Below, in pieces: positions 39,878-53,229 of a stretch of DNA of 64,000 nucleotides. The notes beneath the pieces were generated by a model, which was not told where the DNA came from, searched no databases, and saw only the letters and a program-made list of their open reading frames with translations. Both the position numbers and the translations under genes were made by a program. The stretch is from Mobula birostris (Eukaryota), in the NCBI RefSeq assembly GCF_030028105.1, contig NC_092375.1:91733450-91797449 (forward strand), in the 5' to 3' direction. Each line of letters begins with the position of its first letter. Positions within the stretch are counted from its first letter, which is position 1.

Positions 39878-40572
39878 TGCAGCCCCCCTGGCCACCCTCA
39901 GGGTCGCTCGGCTCGCTGTCGTCTAGGGAAACAGCCTCGGCCCCGCCAAACTGGGTAATTCGTTTGTGTGGATGCTGTGTGAGGTACCCCACCCCGCCCG
40001 AATAACAGACAATACACTAGATGCAATTAAATGATTTACAGTTTATAGATATTACTGGAACTATATAATTAAAAGAGAATAACATATAAAAGGAAAATAA
40101 AAGGCGCCACACTTATCAAAGTTCAATCTCTTCGTGCACAAAAACCGTTGGAGCTCAAGGACCTTCTTCTTCACCCTGCGACCCCCTCGGACCACCTCGA
40201 CCGGCCGCCTGGGACCAACAACGGTGGTCGACCAGACGCTCCACACGAGTCCGTCTCCGTCTCCTCGCCGAATGTCCCGCTCGGGGTCCGACCCCGTTAG
40301 CGGACTCACAGCACCTGGTCCATCCTCTGTCTCGCTCTCCCGCCTTCTCCTCCAAAACCCCGCGCATACAGTATCTTCAAATACACCAAAACCATAACAA
40401 CTATCCCCATTGGTTAATAGCACTTTCTTATCACCCTCTAAACCACAATAAGCTGCTAGCGCAAACTTTCTCAGCGTTAAAGCACAACAAAGCCGCATTC
40501 CCCAGATTAACATAACAAAAACGCCATTTTAATTAGCCTCCGCAGTAACATAAAAATCGAAACCCCCTTACA
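39878..40572 (-). mobile_element. Solo LTR (Gypsy-type), 695 bp
   Basis: TG...CA termini and a 4-bp TSD TGTG (39874-39877, 40573-40576). GC/CpG-rich, interrupts the LINE 5' region. Orientation is inferred. Confidence 0.8.
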
Positions 40573-41421
40573 TGTGTAACAAGCAACGCTTCATTCTTGC
40601 CATCAGAAAATTGTTTGTTTGAGCCAGAAACTTTGTTAATGCTGTATGGGAACACTGAGCTGGATCATCTAACAGCCAGCGGGCGACCCAAATTTGCAGA
40701 TCACCTGCTCTCTTATGCTTCTTGCAAAGTCACAGACTTAATCCTCTAACAGGTACAGGAAGATGGGTGAGGCCCTACGTAATGTGAGGCTTTCCAAATG
40801 TATGTGATCAGCCTAGTGGCCTTGCCTGGTGGAGAAGTCCTTTCCCCAGCTTTCCCCTTCGATGGTCAGCTGCAATAGTCAATGTCAGCACCAGCTGAAA
40901 AGCTGTTGGGATGCTGTGTGATGTTTTATTTTATTGTAATCAACATTTTAATTGAAATTAAGCATTTTTAGCAATCTGAGCAACACATCAGTAAAAAGGA
41001 TGGAAAGCTGGTTGAATATACAGAGCCTGAGTTGAACCCAAGCATATTCGTACCCCAGTCTCGATATGTTCTGTCCTTTATGAACATTGCATTTTATATT
41101 TTGTGGATTTTGCTAAATAAACCTCATGATTTTTTTCCTTGACCATTCTATCAATCCGTGGTTTGGCACCAGCATCGATGACTTCTTCAAAAGGCGATGT
41201 CTCAAATAGGGAGCATCCATCATTAAGGACCTCCATCACTAAGGACAGAGCATGCTATCAGGGGGCAGGTGCAAGAGCCTAAAGACATGCACTTGATGTT
41301 TTAGGAACAGCTTCTTCCCCTCCACTTGTCAGAATTCTGAATTTTCAGTGAAACAACCATGAACACTACTTCACTAATTTTGCTCTTTTTGCACTACTTA
41401 ATTAATTTATTTCACGACATA

Positions 41422-42512
41422 TAGTTGCTAGAAAGTTTGCTAATCTTTTGCAATTACCTGGTTTTCTGCATTAGTTACTCATAAAATGTGGTCTGATCTT
41501 CATCTCCAATGGTGCTGGCAAGTTTATGAACCCTGTGGAATTTTATCTATTTCTGCATAAATATGACCTAAAATGTGATTAGATCTTCATGCAAGTCCTA
41601 AACCTAGATAAGGAGAACCCAATTAAATAAATAACACAAAAAACATTATACTTTTCATTTATTTATGGAGAAAAATGATTCAATGTTACATGTGTATGTT
41701 GGAAAAAGTATGTGAACCTTTGCTTTCAGTAATTGTCGTGACCCCCTTGTACAGCAATAGCTTCAACCAAACATTTCCGGTAACTGTTGATCAGTCCTCC
41801 ACATCGGTTTAGAGGAACTTTAGGCTATTCCTTCTTACAAAACTGCTTCAACTCTGGGATGCTGGTGGGCTTCCTTGCATGAACTGCTTGCTTCTGGTCC
41901 TTCCACAACTTTTCTATAGGATTAAGGTTAGGGCTTTGACTTGGCAATTTTAAAACACTGATTTTCTTCTTTTTAAACCATTCTGTTGCTGATTTACTCT
42001 TGTCTTTTGGATCGTTGTCTTGTTGCATCATCCAGCTTCTATTAAGCTTCAGGTGATGGACTGCTATCCTGACATTTGCCTGTAAAATATCTTGATACAA
42101 TTTTGAATTCCTTGTTTGCTCAATGATTGCAACTGTCCAGGCCCTGAGGCAGCAAAGCAGCGTCAAACCATGATGCTGCTTCCACCATGCTTCACAGTTG
42201 GAATGAGGTTTTAGTGTTGATGTGCAGTGTCCTTTTTCCTCCAAACATCACAATGTGCATTCCTGCCAAAAAGTTCAACTTTTGTCTCGTCTGTGCACAG
42301 AACATTGTCCCAGAAGTGTTGTGGAACATCCAGGTGGTCTTTTGCAAACTTGAGACATGCAGAAATGTTTTTTTTTGGAGACCAACAGTTTCCAACGTGT
42401 TGTCCTTCAGTGAGCACCTGTCTTGTTTGGTGTTTTTCTTCAGAGATTTTAGCAAGTTCTAGAAATTTTTGCAGGTCTTTTGCTGTTCCTCTTGGTTTCT
42501 TTTTCACCTCCT
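41422..42512 (-). mobile_element. Tc1 transposon 3' half with long IR/DR-type TIR
   Basis: MQQDNDPK, PSQSPNLNPIEKLW and VLCTDETK motifs; terminal (C)AGTTGCTAGAAAGTTTG next to TA, with internal direct repeats at ~41511 and ~41698. Confidence 0.9.
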
Positions 42513-43520
42513 AGAGGTTTGCTAGAGCTGTTGGGGAAGGTTTAAACTAATTTGGCAGGGGTATGGGAACCAGAGTGACAGGGTTGAGGATGGAGCAGTT
42601 AATATACAACTTTATACAATGTGTGGTGAGACTGTGAAGAAGGACAGGCAAATGATAAGGCAAAATTGCAGTCAATGGGATGAGTTCAGGTGTAACAGGG
42701 GCCCAAAATTGAAAAGGGTGATGAACACAGGACTAAGGGTGCTATATTGGAAAGCACATAGTATGCAGAATAAGATAGATGATCGTGTAGGGCAGTTAGA
42801 GGTTGTCAGGTATAATGTTGAGGGTATTACTGAGTCATGGCTGAAAGAAGATAATAGTTGGGAGCTTAACATCCAAGGATACACATTGTATCAAAAGGAT
42901 AGGCAGGTAGGCAGAGGGAATAGAGTGGCTCTGTTAGTAAAAATAAAGAAATTAAATCTTTAGAAACAGGTGACAGAGGATTGGAAGATGTAGAATCCTT
43001 GTGGGTAGAGGCAAGAAAGTGCAAGGGTAAAAAGACCCTGATAGGAGTTATATACGGGTCTCCAAACATTAGCCAGAATGTGGGCTACAAATTGCAATTG
43101 GAGATAGAAAAGGCATATAAAAAGGTACAGTGCCTATAAAAAGTATTCACCCCCTTGGAAGTCTTCATGTTTTATTGTTTTAGAGCATTGAATAACGGTA
43201 GATTTAATTTGACTTTTTTGACACTGATCAACAGAAAAAGACTTTCGTATCAAAGTATAAAAAGGTCTCTACAAAGCGATCTAAACTAATTACTGGATTG
43301 GATGTTATTTAATACCCAGATTTGATTAGAGAGCTTAAGGTAAAGGAACCCTTAGGTGACGCTGATCATAATAGAATTCACCCTGCAGTTTGAGAAGCAG
43401 AACCTAAAACTGGATGTATCAGTATTACAGTGGAGTAAAGGGAGTTACAGAAGCATGAGAGAGGAGCTGGCCAAAGTTGATTGGAAGGGGACCGGGATGA
43501 CAGCAGAACAGTACTGCTGG
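42513..43520 (+). mobile_element. CR1 ORF1/endonuclease fragment
   Basis: LRVLYWKAHSMQNKIDD..GITESWL and LGDADHNIIEF motifs. Confidence 0.8.
43128..43292 (+). mobile_element. Isolated Tc1 terminal inverted repeat (second family)
   Basis: TA|CAGTGCCTATAAAAAGTATTCACCCCCTTGG terminus inside the CR1. Confidence 0.75.
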
Positions 43521-44844
43521 AGTTTAACAGTAGTTCAATAGTTGCATTTAATTTCTGAGAACTGTATACAATATACAGCCTGAAATTCTTGTTCCTTGCA
43601 GAGATCCATGAAAACAAAAGAGTGCCCCAAAGAATGAGTGACAGTTAAAAAGGTTAGAATCCCAAATCCTCCTCCCACATGCAAGCAGCAGCAAAACAAT
43701 GACCTACCTCTCCTCAACCAAAGAAAAGCAACAACACCCTTCACCCATCAAGCAAGCAATAGCAAAACCTCTAAGAAAAATCATGATCTGCAGTTCAACA
43801 AAAGTTATCATTCACCCCGATAATTTGAATACCATAGGCTCTCTCTCCCTCTCTCCCCAATAAAGGGAGAGAGAGGAGAGAAACCATTCTTTAGGAAGGG
43901 TTAGTCAAGGGAACACATACCAGTCCTCATCGAGAGATCAGCAGTGGGAAGGGTGAGCAGTTTCAAATTTCTTGGTATCAACATCTCTGAAGATCTATCT
44001 TGAGATCAACATATTGATGCAATTACAAAAGAGGCATGACAGTGGCTATATTTCATCAGGAGTTTGAGGAGACTTGGTATGTCATATTGAATGATGGCAA
44101 CTTGCCTGACTTCAAGGTCACACTTGCCCTACAGACTGCAGGAATGATGGGAGCAGGGGACTAGCCATGACAAAGGAAGGGAGATGTTTGCTGAAACATT
44201 GAGTTGGCTGGATACTTCTGTACTGAAGAAAAGGCATGCCAGGAATGAGCGTAGTGATTTGGAGAGTCAGTATGTAAGCTTTGGTATACAATGAATTTCC
44301 ACAAAGAAAACTTGTAAAATTCTGATGCACTTACGGGTCTCAGTGCCTCTGTGGTTTTGGAAGATCTTCTCCACTGAGCTGTGCTGAAGGAGACCTAAAA
44401 TATGTTAGATCTGCATACTATTTTCCTTTGTGTTACATTGAAGAATAGCAAGGTGGTTCTTCTCAATAATTTCCATTTAACATTATTTTTACATTTTAGT
44501 ATTTCGGGATCTTCTTGGCCATAAATTGGAATAAAAATACATTTTTATGTCCCAACAATGGCAACTATTCAAAATTACAATGTTGACTTTGAGATCATGG
44601 ATTTTAACAGGTGGTGTATAACTTGGCTCTGTCTTTTTCTTTACAGCAGTAGATATACTTGCCAGAATAAATTTTAATTCCAGATTGGCATTACATGTTC
44701 TGCTACTTGTACAAAAATAGTAATGTATTATAAAGGCAGTTGTTGTACTGTCAACAGAGTTATCCAAGACAGAAATGGATCCCTTTATCCATTGAGTAAT
44801 CACTTGATCATTGAACACTGACTTAGACTAATTTTCCACTAATT

Positions 44845-45300
44845 CTCTGTAAGGAGTTAGTACATTCTCTCTGAAGCCATATTGGGTTTCAGTTTCCTCC
44901 CACACTCCGAAGACTTATGGGTTAGTAGGTTAATTGGCCATGTGGTTGTAACTGGGTGGTGCATGCTTGTTGGACTGGAAAGACCTGTTACTGTGCCGTA
45001 ATTCTAAAAAATAATAATTAAGCTCACTATTCACATGTGTTAGAGCAAAGGTTTTAAGTGAAGAAGAAAAAGGATAGAAATCAGCTCCCCTCAATACTAC
45101 CATAAATGCACACTAAAGGCACTGTACAGTAGCTGATTTAATCTGTCACCTGCATGTCTTTGGAATGTGGAAGAAAACCAGAGCCCCTGGATAAAACTGA
45201 CACAATAACGTGAAAACTTCATACAGGCAGTGCTGAAAGTTGTGACTGAACCTGAATCACTGGAATGGTGAGGTTTTGGCTCTACTTGTTGTGCCAACTC
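44845..45300. mobile_element. Adjacent inverted V-SINE-like pair (44845-45010 +, 45105-45300 -)
   Basis: ctgtaaggagttagtacattct...tttcctcccaca on +; tttggaatgtggaagaaaacc...aaacttcataca on -. Confidence 0.6.
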
Positions 45301-47963
45301 AAATGTTTATCAGAAATCAAATAAATTACTTAGCTTTTTTGTTTCATTTGTGAAGTATCTATTGGAAAACGACGAGGGAGACTTGGAGCTCTTTTGTACC
45401 CCACTGATGGGCAGAATAAAGAAGCAGTATGACCCAGACTGAATGGGATTTGATAAAATCAGAGTATTTTATTGCTGAGAACTGTAAACTAATGCTACCA
45501 TACATATGCTGATGGATCAAAAAAAAAAGCCAGACATTCAATGTTTAATAGTCTAGTACATTTTACAGAAGCACAGTTCTTCCTCGGCACCATCTCTAAC
45601 GTATCAAATACGCACTTGATATAAGATTTTCTCTGAAGCCTCTGTTAAAAAATAATTTGTAGAAATAAATATACAGATAACTTTAAAGCCTGGGCAAAGA
45701 TACTAATTAAATTTGATGATTGGAAAAAATGGATAACCATTTATGTTTTGAAGAATTCTTTTTAAACTTTTTGAATGATGAATGAAACAAGGTTCTGTGT
45801 ATTCTGTCCAGTCACTATCTCAATCCATGGTTGGGTAGATGTTTTGGAAACAGTTCTACCATAATAGTTGAGTACAGGATATTGGCATGAGAAAATCTTG
45901 ATTTATTCTCAGCTTTTATACACTGGAAATATTTAGATTATGTCAGCAGGGAATTCACTCAAGTGTAATTGATAATTATCTCGACTAACAGAATAACAAC
46001 TGTAATGTTGATTTATTATTTTATAAATAAAATAATTAATATGAACTCCATCTGCCTTAGAAGCTTGTGCCTCCATTTCGTACTATCATGATTTTGTAAG
46101 TTATTCATTGTAAATATTTCTATTTGGCTTGAATTTGATGGAATTAGCAAGCTGCCCGCACTGTCCATTCCCCTGCTTGATAAATCTGTTCTTATCTCAA
46201 GAATTGGTGACCATGGGCGAAAGAGCTGAAGAATAGTTTCGGCCCAAAATGTCGGCTGTTTACTCTTTTCCATAGATGCTGACTGACCTGCTGAGATCTT
46301 CCAGTATCTTGTGTGTGTTGCTCTAGAGTCTTGCTGATCGAGTTACAAGAAGATAATCATTCTAGGTTACGGGGCCAGTGAAGAGTATGCTGTAAGCTAT
46401 TGAAGGTAGCTTTCAGTTCTTGGAGTCATAAAGTCATGAAGTATTTAAGTGCTATATTCATCCCACCATGACAATGGCCCCCCATCTTCAATTATTTGGC
46501 CCATAGTCTTCTATGCTTAGGTAATTTAAGTGCTTGACACTTCTTAAATGCTGTTAGTGACTTGGTTTCCGCTACTTTCTTTGACAATACATTTCAGGTA
46601 CTGGGTGAAAGAGATCCTGATTAGTCTCTTGCCCCTTGTCCTAAATCTATGTGCTCTAGTTTTATTCACCTGCAATAAGGGGATGTCTGTTGAGTCTATC
46701 CTATCTGAACCCGTCATAATCCTTTACACTCAGTAGTGTCCTCTCTTCAGCTCCTCCACTCCAATGAAAGCAGACAATCTCTCCTCCCAAGCGAAGACGT
46801 TCGACCTCGAAACCTAGACTCTTGTACTACTGGAAGCATCCACTCCACATCCACTCTATCCAAGAATGTCAGTATCTGGTAAGCTGCATTGAGAACCCCC
46901 TTTATCTTTCTGATTTACATTTAAAAATTGCTACTCATATGTTAAATCAATCATTCCTGGTATCATTCTTATGCCTTGCCTCTAACACTATGGGCTGTTA
47001 CCTTGTTTAGCGAAATGTGGTGCCAAATCTACAGCAGATATACCTGTAGACGAATAAAGAACTATTATAATGCTAATATTTCCTTTACAACAGAGTCAAT
47101 ATAAGTAAAAATAATGTGGCCCATCACGTGGGAGCTGATAAAAGCAGACATGCATGCTTGTTAGCAAAGACTTAGCAGGCTTTCTTGCGACTAGTTTCAT
47201 GCATGCAATCAAAATTACAGGCAATTTTAAAAAGAAGAGTCATTGAATTACAATTGTGGCTGCAGGAACATTGAGATTCAAAACCATTGTTGATTGCAGA
47301 ACGCTTTAGGTTTCATATGTGGAATCAAAAGAAAGGGAGTCCATCTCAGCTTAAGTGGCTGAATTGAAGAAATTGTCTGAACTTGCCAATGTTGCACTGA
47401 GATGATTAGTTTGTAGAATCTTACAAGAAAGCATTCAAAAACGGCTTCTAACTGAAGCACAGCTCACGTTGAAAAGAACAGTTGGAATCGCTGCAACTAT
47501 GGAAACAGCAGACAGGGGCACAATTGAGTTGCAATTACGAATGAAAGTGAGCGTGAACAAAATTGCACCTTCTAAACAGAAACCTGTCTGGCTGAACAAA
47601 TTGTGTTACTGATGTGTCGGGACTGACATACACCCGACCAATACAAGTTTAAAGGTGAAGCTTGCAGAAAATGCAACAAAGTAGGACATATACGAAGAGC
47701 ATGCTGGGCAGACAAAAATAAATGAATGAAAAAAAGATTAAAAACAAGTCAAGTTGGTTTTTCAAAAAGAGCACAAATCTGCAAGCAGTTAATGAAAAAT
47801 CTGATAAAGATGAGAGTGACAAAAAAAATCAAAAAACACAGGATAAGATATTAATACCATTTGAGCCTTTGGGTTGTGAGCACTTGCTCAAGACTGCCTT
47901 GATGTTGGGAGTGACACGCAGGGGTTTTCAAGTGGGCACCCACCTTCCTTGATGGTGTTTCAT

Positions 47964-48292
47964 GATGCTGGAAATCCAAGCAATACACACAAAATGCTGG
48001 AGGAACTCAGCAGGTCAGGCAGCATCTATGGGAAAAAGTACAGTCGAAGTTTTGGGCTGAGACCCTTCAGCAGGACTGGAGAAAAAAAGAAGAGGAGTAG
48101 ATTTAAAAGGTGGGGGAAGGGGAAGAGAGAAACACAAGGTGATTGGAGAAACCCTATGAGGGAGGGATGAGTAAACAGCTGGGAATTTGATTGGTGAAAG
48201 AGATACAGGGCTGGAGAAGGGGGAGTCTGATAGATGAGGAGGCCATGGAAGAAAGAAAAATGGGGGTATGCACCAGAGGGAGGCAATGAGCA
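47964..48292 (-). mobile_element. Penelope pseudo-LTR fragment inside Gypsy
   Basis: Close match to 15421-15752. Confidence 0.85.
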
Positions 48293-50943
48293 AGCAAAAC
48301 AAGTTTGAATGGCCTTTCAAAGATACTGAATGGCCATACTGCCATATGACCATATGAAGATACTGATACTGATGGTAACGTTAAAATCACAACAGATCCT
48401 GATGGCCCATTCCTCTTGGCTACTGAGATCACTGGCGTTGCCCACAGGCTCTACACAAACTCGGAAAAAATTCCATCAGCTTCTGTGCAATCTAGCTCAC
48501 TGGCTACTTTGTCACGAATGGCATAAAGAACTGGATGGACTTTGCAAAACTTGGGTGTGACATTTTCATCTAACACTATTTTACCCTTGACATGTTTGAG
48601 TTTTTCTGTGCCATCCTTGAGCACTGCTGTGGCGTCATCCAGTACCTTTCACAATTTGTTTTGGGTTCACTATTGCAGAAGATGTGGCATGCAAATGGAG
48701 AATGGATCTCCAATCAAGTTGTTGTAGTCTCACCCATTCTTGGCCCCACAATGCTGGCCCTCCTGTTTTTACCACATAGAAGCCCAATGTGGCTTGTTGA
48801 TTGTTGTATTTCATTGTTACAAAAGTAATCCCCAAAGGAGTTATTTTTTTCTCCATTATAAATTCTTAGCTGGATATCTGCATCTGCACTCTGGCAGAAA
48901 GATATGGACCAGTTGCACCAAGGCTGCCCAAGCACTCAGTGTTACCTGGATGACATCATTGTTACCAGTAAGGATGACAAGGAACGCCTCCAAAATGTTA
49001 AGACTGTGTTAAAAATATTAGAAGATTGTGGGCTCAGAGCACGATACAACAAGTGTGAATTCTTTAAATCAAACATTATTGTGGTTATACCATTGATGCA
49101 CAAAGATTACACAAGTATGATGAGAAAATTCAAACAGCAGTGGATGCCCCAAGGCCAAAGGATGTATCACAGTTGCGGTCGTTTTCAGGATTTGTCAATT
49201 ACTATACCAGCTCCTGCCAAACCTGAGTACTGTGCTCCACCCTTTGAACTGGTGACTGCAGATGGAGAAGAAATGGCAACTGGCAAAGCAGTGTGAGATG
49301 GCTTTCCAAAAGGCAATGAAATTGATGATGGCTGACACTGCACTCAAATATTATGATCCACATTGTCCAATGAAGCTTGCCTGTTTTACCTTGCCTTATA
49401 GCATAAGTGCAGTCATGTCTGATGTTATGAATGATGCAAGTGAACACCTTTGCATCACATTCCCTTACCACTGCCGAGAAAAATTAAGCACAGATTGACA
49501 GAGAGGCCTTGAGTCTGGATTGGGGTGTAAGCTGTTTCAACCTGTATTTGTATGGGTGAGAGTTTACCCTCATTATTGATCATCAACCACTAGTGTCATT
49601 TTCAATCCACAGAAAGGTGTTCCAATTACAGCAACAGCATAAATGCAGAGATGGGCTCTGTTTCCTGGTGAACACAATTACAAGGTCGAATTCAAGATGA
49701 CAGCTGCTCACGGAAATGCTGCTGGATTGTCCTGTTTACCCTTGGAAAAGGAAATGCCTGAAAAATTTACAAAGGAGGACACTCCTATTGATGTATTCCC
49801 TCTAATGCAAATCGAAAATCTCCCTATTACATCAGAAATGAACAAAGGGAAAGCAGAAAACAACCCACACTTTCTCAGGTCTAAAATGGCCACCAAAAAA
49901 TGGCTGGAATGTGTAGCAGCAGTTCTATTTCTCCCATCTTTACCACCACTGGGATGAACTTGCCCTTGAATGGGGTTGCCTTATGTGAGGATTGTGAATT
50001 GTTGAGCTGTCCAAGCTGAGAACTAAAGGGTTGGAGGAGCTACATGCTCATCATCTACGTATGTTCAAAATGAAAGCATTGGCTCAAACCTTTGTCTGGT
50101 AGTCTAGGATAAATCAGTAAACCAAGCAACTTGCCATGCACTGCTCAGGATGCCAACATGTCCAGAAGATGCCAAGAGCAGTGTCTCTCCATCCTTGGCC
50201 TGCATTGCCCTGGCAAAGGATTCATGTGGATTTTGCCAGACCATTCATGGGCCCAAATTTCTTAGTAGTAGTGGATGTAGCTACAACGTGGCCACAACTA
50301 TTCCCAATTTCTTCCACTACAGTCTCACACACTGTTGATGTGTTGAGAAACCTCTTTTCAAAGACTGGTGTTCCAGAGCACTTATTCAGTGACAATGGAC
50401 CACAGTTTATTGAGGAAAAGTTTCAGGCATTTCTGAAAAAGAATGGAATAAGACATACTACATCTGCACTATACCACCCAGCTACAAATGGCTTGGCAGA
50501 AGGTTTGTTCAGAGTTTAAAGAACACACTGTGAGCATTGTCAAAGGAGCACACTGTACTAACACTGAATCAGAAGCTCGCCAATTTTTCATTTGCATATT
50601 GCAATGCTGCACACTCCACAACCAACAACTCACTGGCTGTGCTGTTCCTGGGTAGTTCCCTGCACTCAAGGTTGTATCTCCTCAAACCCAATCTCAGAAG
50701 GAATATGCAGGACAAATAGCTGAGACAAATTGAGGACTTCTCAAACCATGAGTTTCAGCGTTTCATTCCTAGGTAAGCAATCCTGGCAACAGATTGCAGA
50801 GGTGATCAAAAGTGGGTACTTGGGAAGATTAAGGACAGAACTAGACACGAGGAAATCTGCAGATGCTGGAAATTCAAGCATCACACACAAAAAATGTTGG
50901 TGGAACGCAGCAGGCCAGGCAGTATCTATAGGAAGAGGTACAA

Positions 50944-50977
50944 TCGACGTTTTGGGCCGGGACCCTTCGTCAGGACT
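50944..50977 (-). ncRNA. Degenerate minimal hammerhead motif (inverted arm copy)
   Basis: AGUC-CUGACGA-AGGG..CCC-AAAA-C-GUC-GAUU; GAAA is changed to AAAA. Confidence 0.7.
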
Positions 50978-53193
50978 AACTGAAAGAAGAGATAGTGAGA
51001 GATTTGAGAGGGAGAGGGGGAGATCCGAAATGATAGAAGAAGACAGGAGGGGAGGAGTGGATCGAAGAGCTGGAAAGTTGATTGGCAGAAGGGATACCAG
51101 GCTGGAGAAGGGAGAGGATTATGGGACGGGAAGCCTGGGGAGAAAGAGAAGTGGGGAGGGGAGCCTGGAGGGTGGAGAGCAGGCAAGGAGTTATAGTGAG
51201 AGGGACAGAGGGAGAAAAGAAAGAGAGAGAAAAAAAGGGGGGGGAAATACATAAAAAAAATATATTAAATAAATAAAGGATGGGGTGTGAAGGGGAGGAG
51301 GGGCATTAACGGAAGTTAGAGAAGTCAATATTCATGCCATCAGGTTGGAGGCTACCTAGACGGAATATAAGGTGTTGTTCCTCCAACCTGAGTGTGGCTT
51401 CATCTTGACAGTAGAGGAGGCTGTGGATAGACGTATCAGAATGGGAATGGGATGTGGAATTAAAATGTGTGGCCACTGGGAGATCCTGCTTTCCCTGGCA
51501 GACAGAGCGTGGGTGTTCAGCGGAACAGTCTCCCAGCCTGCGTCGGGTCTGGCTAATATATAGAAGGCCGCACCGGAGGCACCGGGCACAGTATATCACC
51601 CCAGCCGACTCACAGGTGAAGTGTCGCCTCACCTGGAAGGACCATCTGGGGCCCTGAATGGTGGTGAGGGGAGGAAGTGTAAGGGCATGTGTAGCACTTG
51701 TTCCGCTTACAAGGATAAGTGCTGGGAGGGAGATCAGTGGGGAGGGCTGGGGGGGACGAATGGACAAGGGAGTCACGTAGGGAGCAATCCCTGCGGAAAG
51801 CAGAAGGGGGGGAATAAAGATGTGCTTGTTGGTGGGATCCCGTTGGAGGTGGCGGAAGTTATGGAGAATTGTACGTTGGACCCAGAGGCTGATGGGGTGG
51901 TAGGTTCAGACAAGAGGAACCCTATTCCTAGTGGGGTGGTGGGAGGATGGGGTGAGAGCGGATGTGCGTGAAATGGGAGAGGTGTGTTTGAGAACAGAGT
52001 TGATGGTGGAGGAAGGGAAGCCTTTTTCTTTAAAAAAATGAGGACATCTCCCTCGTCCTGGAATGAAAAGCCTCATCCTGAGAGCAGATACGGTGGAGAT
52101 GGAGGAATTGCGAGAAGGGGATGACATTTTTGCAAGAGACAGAGTGGGAAGAGGAATAGTCCAGGTAGCTGTGAGAGTCTGTAAGCTTATAGTAGACATC
52201 AGTAGATAAGCTGTCTCCAGAGATAGAGATAGAGACAGAAAGATCTAGAAAGGGGAGGGAGGTGTTGGAAATGGACCAGGTAAACTGGAGGGCGGGGTGA
52301 AAGTTGGAGGCAAAGTTAATGAAGTCAACGAGCTCAGCATGCGTGCAGGAAGCAGCACCAATGCAGTCGTCAATGTAGCGAAGGAGAAGAGGGGGACAGA
52401 TACCAGTATAGGCTTGGAACATGGATTGTTCCACAAAGCCTGTGAAAAGGTAGGCATAGCTGGGACCCATAGGGGTGCCCATGGCTACACCTTTGGTTTG
52501 GAGGAAGTGGGAGCAGCCAAAGGAGAAATCGTTAAGAATAAGGACTAATTCCACTAGACAGAGGAGAGTGGTGATAGAGGGATATATTGGGAAGATATAT
52601 TCTATATATTGGCGAGACCTGACACAGGCTAGGAGACCATTTCGCTGAACAACTACGCTCTGTCCGCCAGGGAAAGCAAGATGGCCAGTGGCCACACATT
52701 TTAATTCCACGACCCATTCCCATTCTGATATGTCTATCCACGGCCTCCTCTACTGTCAAGATGAAGCCACACTCAGGTTGGAGGAACAACACCTTATATT
52801 CCATCTGGGTAGCCTCCAACCTGATGGCATGAATATTGACATCTCTAACTTCCGTTAATGCCCCTCCTCCCCTTCACACCCCATCCCTTATTTATTTATT
52901 TAATATATTTTTAATGTATTTTTTATTCCCCTTTTTTCTCTCTCTCTTTTCTCCCTCTGTCCCTCTCACTATAACTCCTTGCCTGCTTTCCACCCTCTGG
53001 GCTTTCCTCCTCCCTTCTCTTTCTCCTCAGGCTTCCCGTCCCATGATTCTCTCCCTTCTCCAGCCTGGTATCCCTTTTACCGATCAACTTTCCAGCTCTT
53101 AGATACACTCCTCCCCTCCTGTCTTCTCCTATCATTTCAGATCTCCCCCTCCCCCTCCTACTTTCAAATCTCTTACTATCTCTTCTTTCAGTT

Positions 53194-53229
53194 AGTCCTG
53201 GTGAAGGGTCCCAGCCTGAAACGTCGACT
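53194..53229 (+). ncRNA. Degenerate minimal type I hammerhead ribozyme motif in a Penelope pseudo-LTR
   Basis: AGUC-CUGGUGA-AGG..CCU-GAAA-C-GUC-GACU. Stem I is AGUC/GACU; one core substitution (CUGANGA to CUGGUGA). Confidence 0.75.

Larger units (their letters stand above)
36652..40700 (-). mobile_element. Near full-length Rex1/Babar-type LINE (APE and RT), interrupted by a SINE and a solo LTR
   Basis: PTIFLANVQSLVNK and CVLCFMESW endonuclease; NEKPW, PTCFKKATIIPVPKK, KFADDT and RQRLYF RT motifs; AATAAACCTGATTC 3' tail. Confidence 0.92.

Noticed and set aside
40061-40513. GC-rich ORFs (150, 87 and 70 aa)
   Set aside because: They lie within a solo LTR; the open frames are explained by GC content.
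46900-47250. 5' LTR of the large Gypsy element
   Set aside because: No similarity to the 3' LTR (53639-53872) and no PBS seen.
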